Below, in pieces: positions 20,301-30,727 of a DNA stretch of 36,202 nucleotides (position 1 is the stretch's first letter; each line of letters starts with the position of its first letter). Source of the DNA: a virus; IMG/VR virus record IMGVR_UViG_3300045988_175388; one strand, given 5' to 3'. Made by a program: the position numbers and the translations under genes. The notes under the pieces were generated by a model, which was not told the origin of the DNA, did no database searches, and was given only the letters and a program-made list of their open reading frames with translations.

Positions 20301-23300
20301 AAATAGAAGCTGATGACACCAAAAAAAGATACCTATTAGAAAAGAATGGTAAAATAGACAGAAACACTATCGAACCGGAATCTTCCAAAAACAATCCACA
20401 ACATTCAAAATTAAATAATTACTTAAAAAATAGAAAACTTCTTGATAAAATAAAAGACACCATATATAATTATTCTAATAGTGAAAACAAGAAAGGCGGA
20501 GATAACTATGAAATTTATCAAGAAGATATGGCACAAAATAATCAAGAAAATAGCAGATTGGTATTTGCAGAAACCAATGGAAATAATAGATCCGATGGAA
20601 CCTTGGGAAATAGCAGAGTTGAAAATGGAAGAAAAAATGGAGAGAAAATACAAGAAATTGACAAAAAAATACAAGAAAGACATGAAAAAACTAAAGAAGC
20701 AACACATGAAAATGAAGAAAAAAATAATAGCAAAGTATGGAACAATAGAAGACTAGAAGAATCTGAAAATAATTCAGGTTCTTTTTCTTTTGATAAAAAT
20801 GCTAAAAGATATGAAGATTTAGAGTCTGCTAATATTGTAAAATTTAATAAAAAAACAGATGGTACAATAAATATTGAAATATCAAATAATAATGAATTGA
20901 TAAATCAATTTACTGTAACTTCAAAAGAAAATGCCTCAAAACAATTAGGAAATAATATTGCAAATTATATATATGATAATGCAACTGAAACTATCAAAAC
21001 TATAAATTTAAAACAAACTGAAACTACAAAAGTTCAAGATACGTCCCATAAAGGAAAACAATTAGAAATCATAAAAAATATTAATCCTCTGCTAGATGAT
21101 TATCATACAGGAATAAGAAATATTGAAGACATAAAAACATTTGACGAGGTAATAAATGATGATGGTGAAAGCTTTGCTTGGGGAGATTTTTCAAGAGAAG
21201 ACGCTGAAAGAGCATTAAAAGATGGAAAAGTAACTGTATATAGTTCATATCCAATAAAACAAGGAACTTTTGTTTCTACTTCAAAAATACAAGCAGAAGA
21301 ATATGCTGGAGGAAGAGGAAATAAAGTATATTCAAAAACAATTCCATTAGATTCTGTTGCATGGATTAATGGAGATGAAGGTCAATATGCTAATGTAAAA
21401 TCCACACAAGAATCATCTTTCTCAAAACAAGATAATAAAGGAAGAGTATTATCTAACCAACAGCAAGAATATTTTAAAAATAGTAAAGTACGAGATGAAA
21501 ATGGAAAATTAAAAGAAGTATATCATGGTTCAAACACAGACGGAATAACTATATTTAACTTAGAAAAAACAAGTGAAGATAATGTATTTGGAAAGGGATT
21601 TTATTTTACTGATAATGAACTTATGGCAGAAAGCTATGCTGAGGAAGCTGTTGATTTTAATGGTGGTGGAAATAAAAAAATATATAAAAGTTATTTAAAT
21701 ATAGAAAATCCATTTCTGGTTGAAGGAGAGACTACAGCAAATTTAGCCAATAAAATAAAAGAAATAGATCCTTCAGCCGATATAATAGATACTGAATATG
21801 GTGTTGCGTCTACAGAAAAAATGACTAAATGGCTTCAAAACAATGGTTATGATGGAATAGAAGTAGATTTAGATAAAAAAGACGGCAAATATTATATAGT
21901 TTTTAGTTCTAATCAAATAAAAGACGTTGCTAACCAAAGACCAAGTACTAATTCTGATATAAGATATTCAAGGAATAATAGTAAATGGCAAAACTATTTA
22001 GAACAAAACTATAAATCAGAAGGTACAAGAACTAATCTAGAAGAAATAAAAAATAGAAATTTAGCTCCAGTAGCAAATAATTTTACAAACTATTTAGAAA
22101 AACAAAAAAATAATAATTCTAAAGAAAACATAAATCTACCTTATAGAAACAGTGATAAAATAGCGAATGATAATACTATATCTGATTTAGATGCAATTAG
22201 AGAAGAAGCACGTAAAGCAAATTCTCCATCACTTGAAGCAACCAATAATACAGCTAATAAACTCACAAATAATGAAAATCAATTGATAAGTGCAACAATA
22301 AGTTCTGTAAATAAACAAAGAAGGAAAGAAAATGTTAGTTTATCTCAAATAAAAGATACACTAGCTCAAAAGTTTGTAAATAAAGGTCACTATATAGATA
22401 AATTAGCTAAAGAAACAGGCAATAAAAAATTAACTTATTTATATGATAGAACAATGAATGCATTTAATGAAGCTCAAATTTCTATTGGAGATAAACAAAT
22501 AATCTCAAATGCTGCTGGAACAGATGTAGAAGTTGTTGGTAAATCTATTATAGATATATTTTCTGAAGCGGACAAAGCTAATTTGTCAAGTGAGTTTGAT
22601 GACTATTTATTGAACAAACATAATATTTCAAGATTTGCATACGAAAAAGGTATTTTTGGAAGTGAAGTGTCTGCAACAGATTCTGAAATTACTGTTAATG
22701 CTTATGAAAAAAAATATCCTAAATTTTATGAATGGTCAAAAGAAGTAAGCAAATATAATGATAACAATTTAAAGGATTTAGTTAGAAATGGTTTAGTTTC
22801 GAATGAAACTTATAATAAATTGCGTGAAATGTATAGCGACTATGTTCCTACATTTAGAGATATAACTGAAAGTATTACACAATACCAAGATGATTTGGTA
22901 GGTAACAATACTTTAAAAAAAGCTACTGAAAGCGATAAAAGTATTTTGTCTATAAAAGAAAGTATGGCAGAACAAACGTTAGCAATAAAAAAAGCCATCA
23001 GAGTAAATAAATTGGGAGTAGAACTGTATAAAACATTAGGCAAAGAATCAAAAATAAATAATAATAACATTGTAAGTGGAATTGAATTCGATCCAGTTGC
23101 AATTCAATCATTAGCAGGTGATGTAATTGCAAAGGCAAAAGATGGAACTAATACTTTTATGATTTTTCAAAATGGTGAAATGACAGAATTTAAGATAAGT
23201 GATGAATTGTACTCTGCTTTTGCAAAAGATACTTTACAGAATAAAATTAATAGCAGTACTGTTGCAAAAACATTATTGACTCCTATTGAGAAACTTTCTA

Positions 23301-25279
23301 ATGCTCAAAGAGAATTATTAACCACATACAGTATTGGTTTTGCATTTAATAACCCTATAAAGGATTTTCAAGATGCCGTATTTAATACTAAGTATAGTTC
23401 TGCTCAATTTCTAAAAAATTATACAAAAGCTCTCTATAATATTGGAACAGGTGGTTCTTGGTATAAAAATTATAAAGAAAATGGTGGAACAGCAAATACA
23501 TATTTTGATTATCAAAAGGGAATATTACCAAACAAAAATAAAAGATTTGGAGACAATATAAAAGTTGTAAATGAAATTCTTGAGCAAGCTCCAAGATTAG
23601 CTGAATATATATCTACAATTGAAAATGGAGGAAGTATAGATGAAGCGCTATATAATGCCGCAGATATAACTACTAATTTTAAAAGAGGTGGAAATATTAC
23701 AAAAGTGGTTAATAAATATGGAGCAAATTTTTTAAATGCTTCTGTGCAAGGACTAGATAAATTTTACAGAAATCTCTCTGGTCAAAATGGATGGAAAGGT
23801 TATGCTAATTTAGCTGTTAAAGCAATTGTATGGCAAGTAGCTCCTGCTATTTTAAATGGATTATTATTAGGAGACGATGATGATTATGATGATTTACCTG
23901 AATATACCAAAGATAATTATTTCTTATTTAAAATAGGAGATGGTAAATTTTTCAGAATACCTAAAGGAAGAATATCAAGTGTTGTTGGAGGAATTGCTAG
24001 AAGAGCATTAGAAACTACAGAAGGTAAAAACGTTGACTGGAAAGCGTTGATTGATACAACAATTAATCAAATGGCTCCTAATAATCCATTTAAAGATAAC
24101 CTTATTGCACCAATTTTACAAGCAAAAAGAAATACAGCATGGTATGGTGGAGAAATTGTAAGTAGTAGATTGCAAAAGTTACCTATTGCTGAACAATCTG
24201 ATGAATCTACAGATAAGTTAAGCAAATTTTTAGGAGAAAAGCTAAATATTAGTCCTAAAAAAATCAACTATGTACTTGATCAATATAGTGGTGGCATAGG
24301 AGATGTTATTTTACCAATGCTGACACCTCAAGCAGAAAATAATATTTTAGAAGACAAATTTACTACTGACTCAATAATGAAAAACAAACATGTAAGCCAG
24401 TACTATTCTTTACTAGAGGATTTAGAAAAGAATAAAAACTCTGAAAAAGCAACTGATGAGGATAAGTTAAAGTATATGTATTTATCTGGAAGTTCGAAAG
24501 ACCTGGGAGAATTGTATCAGGAAAAACGTGATATACAAAATTCCGATTTATCTGATAAAGAAAAGAAAATACAAGTTAGAGATATACAAAAAGAAATAAA
24601 TTCTATTGTAGAAGAAAAATTAGAAAATGTAGATTCTATTCAGAAAAATGATGATACTGCAACTATTGGTAATGAAAAGTATTATAAATATAAAGGCGAG
24701 TGGAAAAATGTTTCTGATGAAGAAGCGGAAAAAATTAAAGGATTATCTTTAAACACTTATGCTAATTACCAAAATAAAGTTGCAGAATTGTTAGCAGAGA
24801 AAAAGAAAGAAAATAAAACTATTACTCAAAGGGATAAAATAAAAATACTTGCAAATTCTGATTACAGTAGCAATGAAAAAGATAAAATATATAGTCAAAT
24901 AATAAATACAGACGATGACACTTATAAAATTTTAAATAAATTAGACAATAGCAAAAATATTATTAATCAATATTTAGATTATTTGCAAACTGATTTAAAA
25001 GCCGACAGAGAAGATGATGGTACAAATAGTGGAAAAGCAGTTTTTGGAAGCAAAAAACAGAAAGTTTACAATTATATAAATAGTATAGAGAGTAAAAATA
25101 TGTCTTATATTCAGAAACTTTATTTAGCTGGGATAAATACAACTTTAAGCTCAGCTGATAAAAAGAAGTTATTTAATTTGATTAATGAAAATTCATCTCT
25201 TAGTAAATCTGAAAAGCTCAAAGCTTTTAGTAAATTGCAAGGCTTTACTGTATATAAAAGCGGTAAAGTTACCTGGTAA
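17312..25279 (+). CDS. large polyvalent protein (internal virion/ejection type) with metallopeptidase-like and ADP-ribosyltransferase-like segments
   Basis: 2655 aa; HELTH (19439-19453), HEIQH (20207-20221), VYHGSNTDGITIFNLEKTSEDNVFGKGFYFTDN (ART-like), C-terminal region resembling phage LPD-type domains. Confidence 0.75.
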   Translation: MSWEDFKKEKQQNSSWEEFKKRKETQSNSISTSNDESLLDKAQNFMNTTSNKISDNINNTFQKLSSLKQTNRITDEQMQKLALQHAKEQTANSEDKINRNISINKYNQSKQEEIQRLLNSIPEKNDNIGVTSNNTSDVNQRNINSNTTAPINKSLFQKVQDFAKEKEIIQEPEKGNILQNIGGSLADIGLNFTKGILDVPENLSDLYLHGIALGKDIKNNNINSIANELLNAKPYGNYSTLSQNSLKEDSQPKTNVTDMDIYNSIHNKRDFSADELRNFASNENYYNLMGLQRVEDKVNNYSYLGNTSDEVFRSIGYTAGMAVAGAPLSETVGLSNSGNIPISLGKIHLDMPILSLLGGSASSLNETYQSDKSNKTKTGLLQTWIKAINGGLTEGFTEGIFGMYGVGGSSIEDSAQNYISKKIAQGAGQTLASLGLSATGEATEELVSYMLNYITDHSLDTMFGTQNASEWNWEDVGKSMASAFASTLISQGSTQTLQSIANKFNSNTLYNNAIDLAEQQLGRKLNSNEKSEVKLQIQEIQKQVNNNLEPKKEETKDTKTNKNDKQAKNLIDILNASANLQQNVTNNQSILSNQQITQADNKIVQNGISAETNEMLNNNQLPMLNYQYENTSNEKINNLRQDANKYFNNSEKARNYVNMLEQIIKDKNVDIRLDANLKTPDGRMANGSYSDGVITINPNSTKAGEFIAVHELTHAIGNDSMRNIIETYRKSNTVFNAAVENLLQNYDSTELTDEALSDVSAQLFGNQEFIYNVSQNSPNIFKRIYNEIKYLWHQFRGYKNQDQFIDDLYYKWTQAYNSNNKLNDASNYSIAGKQGMKNAIKADTSNLVLERNYNKAQQMQKNGVDNETIRQSTGWFQDRNGDWKFEFSDKDMSLKNIKLEKNKTYELGNLLEHDTLFTVYPQLKNIEIQFRELNGANGKYSVSNNNIIINNKLIGNSPQIEGTLIHEIQHAIQNIEGFENGASSKKSKLAYFESLGEIEADDTKKRYLLEKNGKIDRNTIEPESSKNNPQHSKLNNYLKNRKLLDKIKDTIYNYSNSENKKGGDNYEIYQEDMAQNNQENSRLVFAETNGNNRSDGTLGNSRVENGRKNGEKIQEIDKKIQERHEKTKEATHENEEKNNSKVWNNRRLEESENNSGSFSFDKNAKRYEDLESANIVKFNKKTDGTINIEISNNNELINQFTVTSKENASKQLGNNIANYIYDNATETIKTINLKQTETTKVQDTSHKGKQLEIIKNINPLLDDYHTGIRNIEDIKTFDEVINDDGESFAWGDFSREDAERALKDGKVTVYSSYPIKQGTFVSTSKIQAEEYAGGRGNKVYSKTIPLDSVAWINGDEGQYANVKSTQESSFSKQDNKGRVLSNQQQEYFKNSKVRDENGKLKEVYHGSNTDGITIFNLEKTSEDNVFGKGFYFTDNELMAESYAEEAVDFNGGGNKKIYKSYLNIENPFLVEGETTANLANKIKEIDPSADIIDTEYGVASTEKMTKWLQNNGYDGIEVDLDKKDGKYYIVFSSNQIKDVANQRPSTNSDIRYSRNNSKWQNYLEQNYKSEGTRTNLEEIKNRNLAPVANNFTNYLEKQKNNNSKENINLPYRNSDKIANDNTISDLDAIREEARKANSPSLEATNNTANKLTNNENQLISATISSVNKQRRKENVSLSQIKDTLAQKFVNKGHYIDKLAKETGNKKLTYLYDRTMNAFNEAQISIGDKQIISNAAGTDVEVVGKSIIDIFSEADKANLSSEFDDYLLNKHNISRFAYEKGIFGSEVSATDSEITVNAYEKKYPKFYEWSKEVSKYNDNNLKDLVRNGLVSNETYNKLREMYSDYVPTFRDITESITQYQDDLVGNNTLKKATESDKSILSIKESMAEQTLAIKKAIRVNKLGVELYKTLGKESKINNNNIVSGIEFDPVAIQSLAGDVIAKAKDGTNTFMIFQNGEMTEFKISDELYSAFAKDTLQNKINSSTVAKTLLTPIEKLSNAQRELLTTYSIGFAFNNPIKDFQDAVFNTKYSSAQFLKNYTKALYNIGTGGSWYKNYKENGGTANTYFDYQKGILPNKNKRFGDNIKVVNEILEQAPRLAEYISTIENGGSIDEALYNAADITTNFKRGGNITKVVNKYGANFLNASVQGLDKFYRNLSGQNGWKGYANLAVKAIVWQVAPAILNGLLLGDDDDYDDLPEYTKDNYFLFKIGDGKFFRIPKGRISSVVGGIARRALETTEGKNVDWKALIDTTINQMAPNNPFKDNLIAPILQAKRNTAWYGGEIVSSRLQKLPIAEQSDESTDKLSKFLGEKLNISPKKINYVLDQYSGGIGDVILPMLTPQAENNILEDKFTTDSIMKNKHVSQYYSLLEDLEKNKNSEKATDEDKLKYMYLSGSSKDLGELYQEKRDIQNSDLSDKEKKIQVRDIQKEINSIVEEKLENVDSIQKNDDTATIGNEKYYKYKGEWKNVSDEEAEKIKGLSLNTYANYQNKVAELLAEKKKENKTITQRDKIKILANSDYSSNEKDKIYSQIINTDDDTYKILNKLDNSKNIINQYLDYLQTDLKADREDDGTNSGKAVFGSKKQKVYNYINSIESKNMSYIQKLYLAGINTTLSSADKKKLFNLINENSSLSKSEKLKAFSKLQGFTVYKSGKVTW

Positions 25280-25388
25280 AAAATATACATATTGTAATAC
25301 AAAATGCAATATATACTTGTCGCTTTTTGTCTTATAAAATAATATTGGTAATTTAACTTGCCAATTTGTTAAAGGAGAAGATAAGAAA

Positions 25389-26021
25389 ATGACAAATTTG
25401 AAAAAGAATGCAATAGAAAATATAAAAGGGCAATATTTTAGTGAAGGAGCATATTTGATGTTTTTTTGCATAATATCTTCTTTTTTGTGTATTGCAATGC
25501 TAATAATTGCATTTAAAAATATTAATAGTATAGATAATGAATCTGGATTAATATTTTTAATATTTAGCATAATTTTTGGATGTAGTGCTTTTTTCTTTGG
25601 GAAACCTGCCATTACTTCATTACACTATTATTATAATCCTCATGAATGCAACATTTGTCGTATATATGGTAATATTGATAATATCATAGACGAAATAAAT
25701 AAAACTTATTGGCATGATGATCCAACAATGGTTATTTCCAAAAATTATATAATCTCAAAAGTTGATTATAGAAATTTGTTCTTATATGACAATATATTAG
25801 GAATTTATATACAACAACATAAAACTAATTATATTACAGACAAATATAAATTAGTAGTTACAGACAAATATAATAACATTGCTGAATTTTGTTATTTGCC
25901 ACAAGATAAAATGACGATGGAAGAAACTTATTCCATATTAATTAAAAGATGTAAAAATGCTAAATTTGGATATACTCCAGAAACACTTCAGTATATAAAA
26001 AATAACATTAAAAATATATAA
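25389..26021 (+). CDS. hypothetical membrane protein
   Basis: Two N-terminal TM segments; AAAGGAG RBS. Confidence 0.5.
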   Translation: MTNLKKNAIENIKGQYFSEGAYLMFFCIISSFLCIAMLIIAFKNINSIDNESGLIFLIFSIIFGCSAFFFGKPAITSLHYYYNPHECNICRIYGNIDNIIDEINKTYWHDDPTMVISKNYIISKVDYRNLFLYDNILGIYIQQHKTNYITDKYKLVVTDKYNNIAEFCYLPQDKMTMEETYSILIKRCKNAKFGYTPETLQYIKNNIKNI

Positions 26022-26030
26022 AATATAATT

Positions 26031-26060
26031 AAAAGCACTTACAGAAATGTAGGTGCTTTT
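26031..26060 (+). terminator. intrinsic terminator-like hairpin
   Basis: AAAAGCACTTACA-GAAA-TGTAGGTGCTTTT, 13-bp stem with one G-U. Confidence 0.65.
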
Positions 26061-26076
26061 ATAATGGAGGTTAAAA

Positions 26077-28996
26077 TTGAAAATAATTATAGATGAAAAC
26101 AGAGAAGTTTTAAAAGAGACTAATAAAATAGGAAATGATTCAGAAAACAAAGTCGAAGTATTAGAATTTGAATTTCCAAAACAATATACTGCTTTTACTA
26201 AATATATAGAGTTTCAGATAAAAAATGAAAAATATGTCGATTTAATCGAAAATGACCAATATGTCATCACTAGAGCAATTGCTAAATATGGAAAAATCAA
26301 AGCACAAGTTGTATTGAGAAATAGTTTAGATAACGATGTTGCTGTATTCAAATCTAATATTTTTGATTTAAAGATATCTAATAGCCTTAATGCTACTGAA
26401 GATGTTCCGACAGAATATCCAACATGGATTGATAATTTAACAAAGTTAAAACAAGATTTAGAATCTTCTGAAAGCGAAAGAATATCAAATGAAGATGAAA
26501 GAATATCAGCAGAAGAAGAAAGACAAGAAAGCTTTACAGAAATGCAAAAGACTGTTGAAAATGCAGCAAGCAGTATAAAAGATTTAAAAGAAGAATACAA
26601 CTCAAATGCAGAAAAAGAAACAAAGAAATTTAATGATAATGCATTAGAGCAAACAAAGAGCTTCAATGAAAATTCTGGCACCAAATTAGCAGAATACAAC
26701 AAGACTCACACTGATAAAATAAAAGAATATGACGATAATCATAATGCAAAAACAAAAGCATTTGATGATAATGCTGCTACTAAATTAAGTGAGTACAACA
26801 AGAACGATGAAGCTAAAATTAGCGCATATAATGCAAATGATAAGGCTAAAACAGATGCTTACAATGCTAATGATAAAGCCAAGACTGATGTTTATAACAA
26901 TAATACAGCATTAAAAGAAAAAGCTTACAACAATAACGCATCAAATAAAACTGAAACATTCAATTCTAATGCTGAGAGCAAACAAAACGAATACAATCAA
27001 AATGCTGAGAATAAGTTAACTGAATATAATCAAAATGCAAAAGAACTAATCAATAAAGTTGAGCAAGTTCAAGCAGAAAATGAAGCTCTAAAAGCTGAAA
27101 ACAAGCTAATTAAAGAGCAAATACCAAGTGCGAGCGTGAGTGGAAATAGTGTGCACATAGAAGATAGTTCTAATCTTGATTTTAATTGGAAGATTAGAGG
27201 TAGGCATTATCAAAAACAAACAATTCAAAACGATAATCTTTTAATTTTAGAAGATACAACTATAACAAAAAATGGTATTACATTAACAATTAAAGATGGA
27301 GTAATAACAATAAATAGAACTTCAACAGCATCAACCAATATAGACTTCAAGATAAAGAAGAAATTAAAAGCAGGAACTTATTGGCATATGGTTCAGAGAA
27401 TTGGTGATGCACCGAGTGGAAATGTAGGCTTTCTTGTAATGAAATCGGGTGGCGTAATAGCAACAATTAACGGTCGTGGTGGTGCCTCATTTACTTTGAA
27501 CGAAGATACAGAAGTGTTTTATAGAATTTGGACTGATAAAAATAATATTATATCTAATGTGGCATATAAATGTTTAATAAGCGAAGGCTCAGATTCAAAA
27601 CCGTGGGTGCAAGGAATACCAGATAGTCCAAGCGTAGATTACCCATCTGTGATTGAAACAGTAGGAAGTAATGTGAATTTATTTGATGGCGAATTAGAAT
27701 CAGGGTCATTAGCGAATAACACTGGACAAAATTATGCTAATGCAAAAAATACACGTTCAAAAAATTATATTGCTGTTGAGGAAAACACTACATATGTACT
27801 TTCAGATAATATAAAAGGTTCTTTCATAGTACACGCTTATGATGAAAACAAAAATTGGCTATCAATGATAGGGGCACAAAATTATACAGGACAATATATA
27901 TTTGTTACTCCTCCTCAAACATCTTATATAAGATTTAGAACAAATGAAACTGATTTAACTGCAAAGATAAAATTAGAAAAAGGTACAAAAGCATCACCTT
28001 ATTCGCCACACCGGAATGGGTAGTGCAAAAGTGACTGTTGAAAATAGTAACTTGTTAGATTTTAATGTTGAACAAAACAGCAAAGTAACAGTAAACAGCA
28101 ACGGAACACTAACAATAAACGGAACAGGTGGATTTAGTTTAAATATAGATAAATTACAGTTAAAAGCAGGTATCACATATTATCAAAAAGTTGAGCTGAT
28201 AAGTGGAAGTATTTCTGGTTCAAATATAAACAATACTTTTCTTAGTTTTGCTGGCTCCGGAGCATGGATTTCAAGTATAAACTTTTCACAAACAATTTTA
28301 AATGAAGATACAGAAAAAACATCTATCTGGGTAAATGCAAGTGCTATATTTAATAATGCAGTAATAAAAATATGGGCAAATACTGACGAGAGTGATTTTA
28401 TATTACATCAATCTCAAACAGCAATAATGCCAATTCAACAAGAAATGCTTGATGGAGATTATACTGCAGACGTAGAGCATCACGAGTGGGGAAAAGCAAT
28501 TTTAAGTGGAAATGAGGATGTTATCATAGATGGAACGTATTCAGGAATTACACAATTTAAGATTGCAATATTAAATGTAAAGAAACAATCAAATCCTTCA
28601 GAGATATGTGTATTATCAAATTATTTTTTAGGAGTGGAGTGGAACAACTCATGGACAAAAAATAATAGCATTGTGAATAGAAGTGATAATTCAGTAAGAG
28701 TTATGACAAGCAAATATACGACTATAGACGGATTTAAAGCTTTGCTAAAATCAAAATATGATGAAGGAAACCCAGTAGTAATTTATTATAAATTGGAAAA
28801 AACAATTAACTTAGAACTAACAGAAGAGCAAAAAACAGTAAGAGATACTAAGTTATATACATATAAAAACATAACAAATATAAATGTAAGCGATGAATTA
28901 GCAAGTGTAGAAGTAGAGTACAAGAAAGACCAGGACACAATAAATAAAAATTATGAGAACAGATTAGCAGCTTTAGAGGCTGCTAGTATTAGTTAG
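26077..28996 (+). CDS. tail fibre / receptor-binding protein (BppU-like N-terminus), split by a +1 frameshift at CGG (28012-28014); fused product 972 aa
   Basis: TTG start after GGAGG. N-terminal baseplate-upper-like domain, long YNxNAxxKxxx coiled coil, carbohydrate-binding-like modules. LEKGTKASPYSPH-GMGSAKVTVENSNLLDFN is continuous when C28012 is skipped. Confidence 0.8.
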
Positions 28997-29005
28997 GAGG
29001 AAACT

Positions 29006-29414
29006 ATGTTTGAAATAATAAAAAGTGTAATTAGTAAAAAAGATTACAAATTAGAAGATATGCTTTATAAAATAGCAAAAATGTATATCGAAGGAAGAAT
29101 AACAGAAGCAGAAAAGAGCGAGTTAGACAATCTAGCTCGTTCAAATGCTAGAGCAGAAAACAGTTATGACATGCAAAAACAATTAGATAATCTAGAAGCA
29201 AGAGTAAAAGCATTAGAAGAGAAAAGCACAACAGAAGAGCCATCAGAGCCTGCTGAGAAATATCCAGAGTATGTGCAACCAACCCGGAGCACATGATGCA
29301 TACAAAGTTGGAGATAAAGTAACATTCAACGGAAAAAAATACATATGTAAGATGGATAATTGTGTGTGGAGTCCTGATACTTATCCTGCAGCATGGGAAG
29401 AAAGCGAGGAATAG
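29006..29414 (+). CDS. small tail/lysis-module protein with C-terminal carbohydrate-binding (CBM5/12-like) motif, split by a +1 frameshift at CGG (29285-29287); fused product 135 aa
   Basis: ...EKYPEYVQPT-GAHDAYKVGDKVTFNGKKYICKMDNCVWSPDTYPAAWEESEE*. With the shift the gene ends at 29414, directly before ATG 29416. Confidence 0.8.
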
Positions 29415-29415
29415 T

Positions 29416-29664
29416 ATGAGTGAGACAATTCTCGTAGCAATTATAACAGGAGGGCTATCTCTAGTAGGGGTAGTCTTTTCAAATATGTCTAGTAATAAAA
29501 GAATAGAAAATGCATTAACAACTCAACAAGCAGTAACAGACACTAAATTAGAAGAATTAACAAGAGAAGTAAGAGCACACAATAATTTTGCACAAAGAGT
29601 ACCGGTTTTAGAAGAGCAAATGAAAGTTGCAAATCATAGAATAGAAGATTTAGAAAGGAAGTAA
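29416..29664 (+). CDS. XhlA/holin-accessory-like protein
   Basis: N-terminal TM segment plus LEELTREVRAHNNFAQRVPVLEEQMKVANHRIEDLERK; the 29362 start in the ORF track is probably too early. Confidence 0.6.
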   Translation: MSETILVAIITGGLSLVGVVFSNMSSNKRIENALTTQQAVTDTKLEELTREVRAHNNFAQRVPVLEEQMKVANHRIEDLERK

Positions 29665-29669
29665 TAGTT

Positions 29670-29873
29670 ATGAAACAAGCATGGGAAGATTTAAAAAGTT
29701 TTGTAACAATAGCAATGATATTATTATTGTTTGTTATTGTAATAGCAAATTTATTTGGAGCAGTATTAAGTGAAACAATACTAGTATTAGTAACAAATTT
29801 AGTAACAGCTGTATTTACATATTATTTCAGTAAAGGAAAGACAGATAAAACAGAAGTAGACAAGGAGGACTAG
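29670..29873 (+). CDS. holin
   Basis: 67 aa, two TM segments, immediately before amidase. Confidence 0.65.
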   Translation: MKQAWEDLKSFVTIAMILLLFVIVIANLFGAVLSETILVLVTNLVTAVFTYYFSKGKTDKTEVDKED

Positions 29874-29875
29874 TG

Positions 29876-30004
29876 ATGGAAGATAATGTACAAATAGAAA
29901 CAATAGAGTTTAAAGAAGAACTATATCAAAAGAATATAGCAGAAAATGATTTTTCTAATTCAGAAATAGACGGAATAGGAGATGATGACAATGCAAATAA
30001 CTAA
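29876..30004 (+). CDS. 42-aa acidic ORF
   Basis: AAGGAGG RBS; MEDNVQIETIEFKEELYQKNIAENDFSNSEIDGIGDDDNANN*. Confidence 0.45.
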   Translation: MEDNVQIETIEFKEELYQKNIAENDFSNSEIDGIGDDDNANN

Positions 30005-30716
30005 GATGTTAGTGCCAGAGAACAAATATAATATAAAATGTCCTTACGAAATGACTCCAGAATTTATCGTCATACATAACACAGCAAATGATGCATCAGC
30101 AATGGCAGAAATATCATATATGATAGGAAATAATAAGAAAGTATCTTTTCACTGTGCAATAGATAATACTAGAATTGTGCAAGGTGTGCCATTTAACCGA
30201 AACACCTGGAATGCTGGAGATGGAGGAAATGGCAACGGAAATAGAAAAGGAATATCTCTTGAAATCTGTTATTCTAAATCTGGAGGAGAAGACTTTGAAG
30301 AGGCTGAAAAGTTAGCAGCAGAATATACAGCATATCTATTAAAACAGCATGGTTGGGGAATAGATAAGGTAATGAAACATCAAGATTTTGCAAATAAATA
30401 TTGTCCACATCGTACGCTAGACATGGGATGGCAAAGATTTTTAGACATGGTTAGTTCTTATTTAGAAGATAAACCAAAAAATGATGAAAAAATAGAAAGT
30501 GGGAGTGATGAACCAGTGAAAACATATCAAAATGGAAGTACAACAGAAGTTGTATATGCAGATACAGCTTGTACAAAAAGAATAGGAAGTTTGGATCCAA
30601 GAGAAAGATGTGATTGTTTTGGAATATTTAATGACAGAGCAATGGTAAGATATAATGTTAGTGGAACTTCAAACTACAAAATAGGATTTTGCAAATGGCT
30701 TGGAGGAGTACGATAA
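29991..30716 (+). CDS. N-acetylmuramoyl-L-alanine amidase (Amidase_2), endolysin
   Basis: EFIVIHNTAND...SFHCAIDNTRIVQGVPFNRNTWNAGDG...KHQDFANKYCPHRT. Confidence 0.9.
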   Translation: MQITKMLVPENKYNIKCPYEMTPEFIVIHNTANDASAMAEISYMIGNNKKVSFHCAIDNTRIVQGVPFNRNTWNAGDGGNGNGNRKGISLEICYSKSGGEDFEEAEKLAAEYTAYLLKQHGWGIDKVMKHQDFANKYCPHRTLDMGWQRFLDMVSSYLEDKPKNDEKIESGSDEPVKTYQNGSTTEVVYADTACTKRIGSLDPRERCDCFGIFNDRAMVRYNVSGTSNYKIGFCKWLGGVR

Positions 30717-30727
30717 GATAAAAAATA

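Noticed and set aside
28016-28996. Second fibre ORF as an independently translated gene
   Set aside because: No SD sequence before ATG 28016, and the sequence before and after the junction forms one recognisable linker.
26077-28996. Diversity-generating retroelement targeting the fibre
   Set aside because: No reverse transcriptase ORF and no template/variable repeat pair seen in the window.
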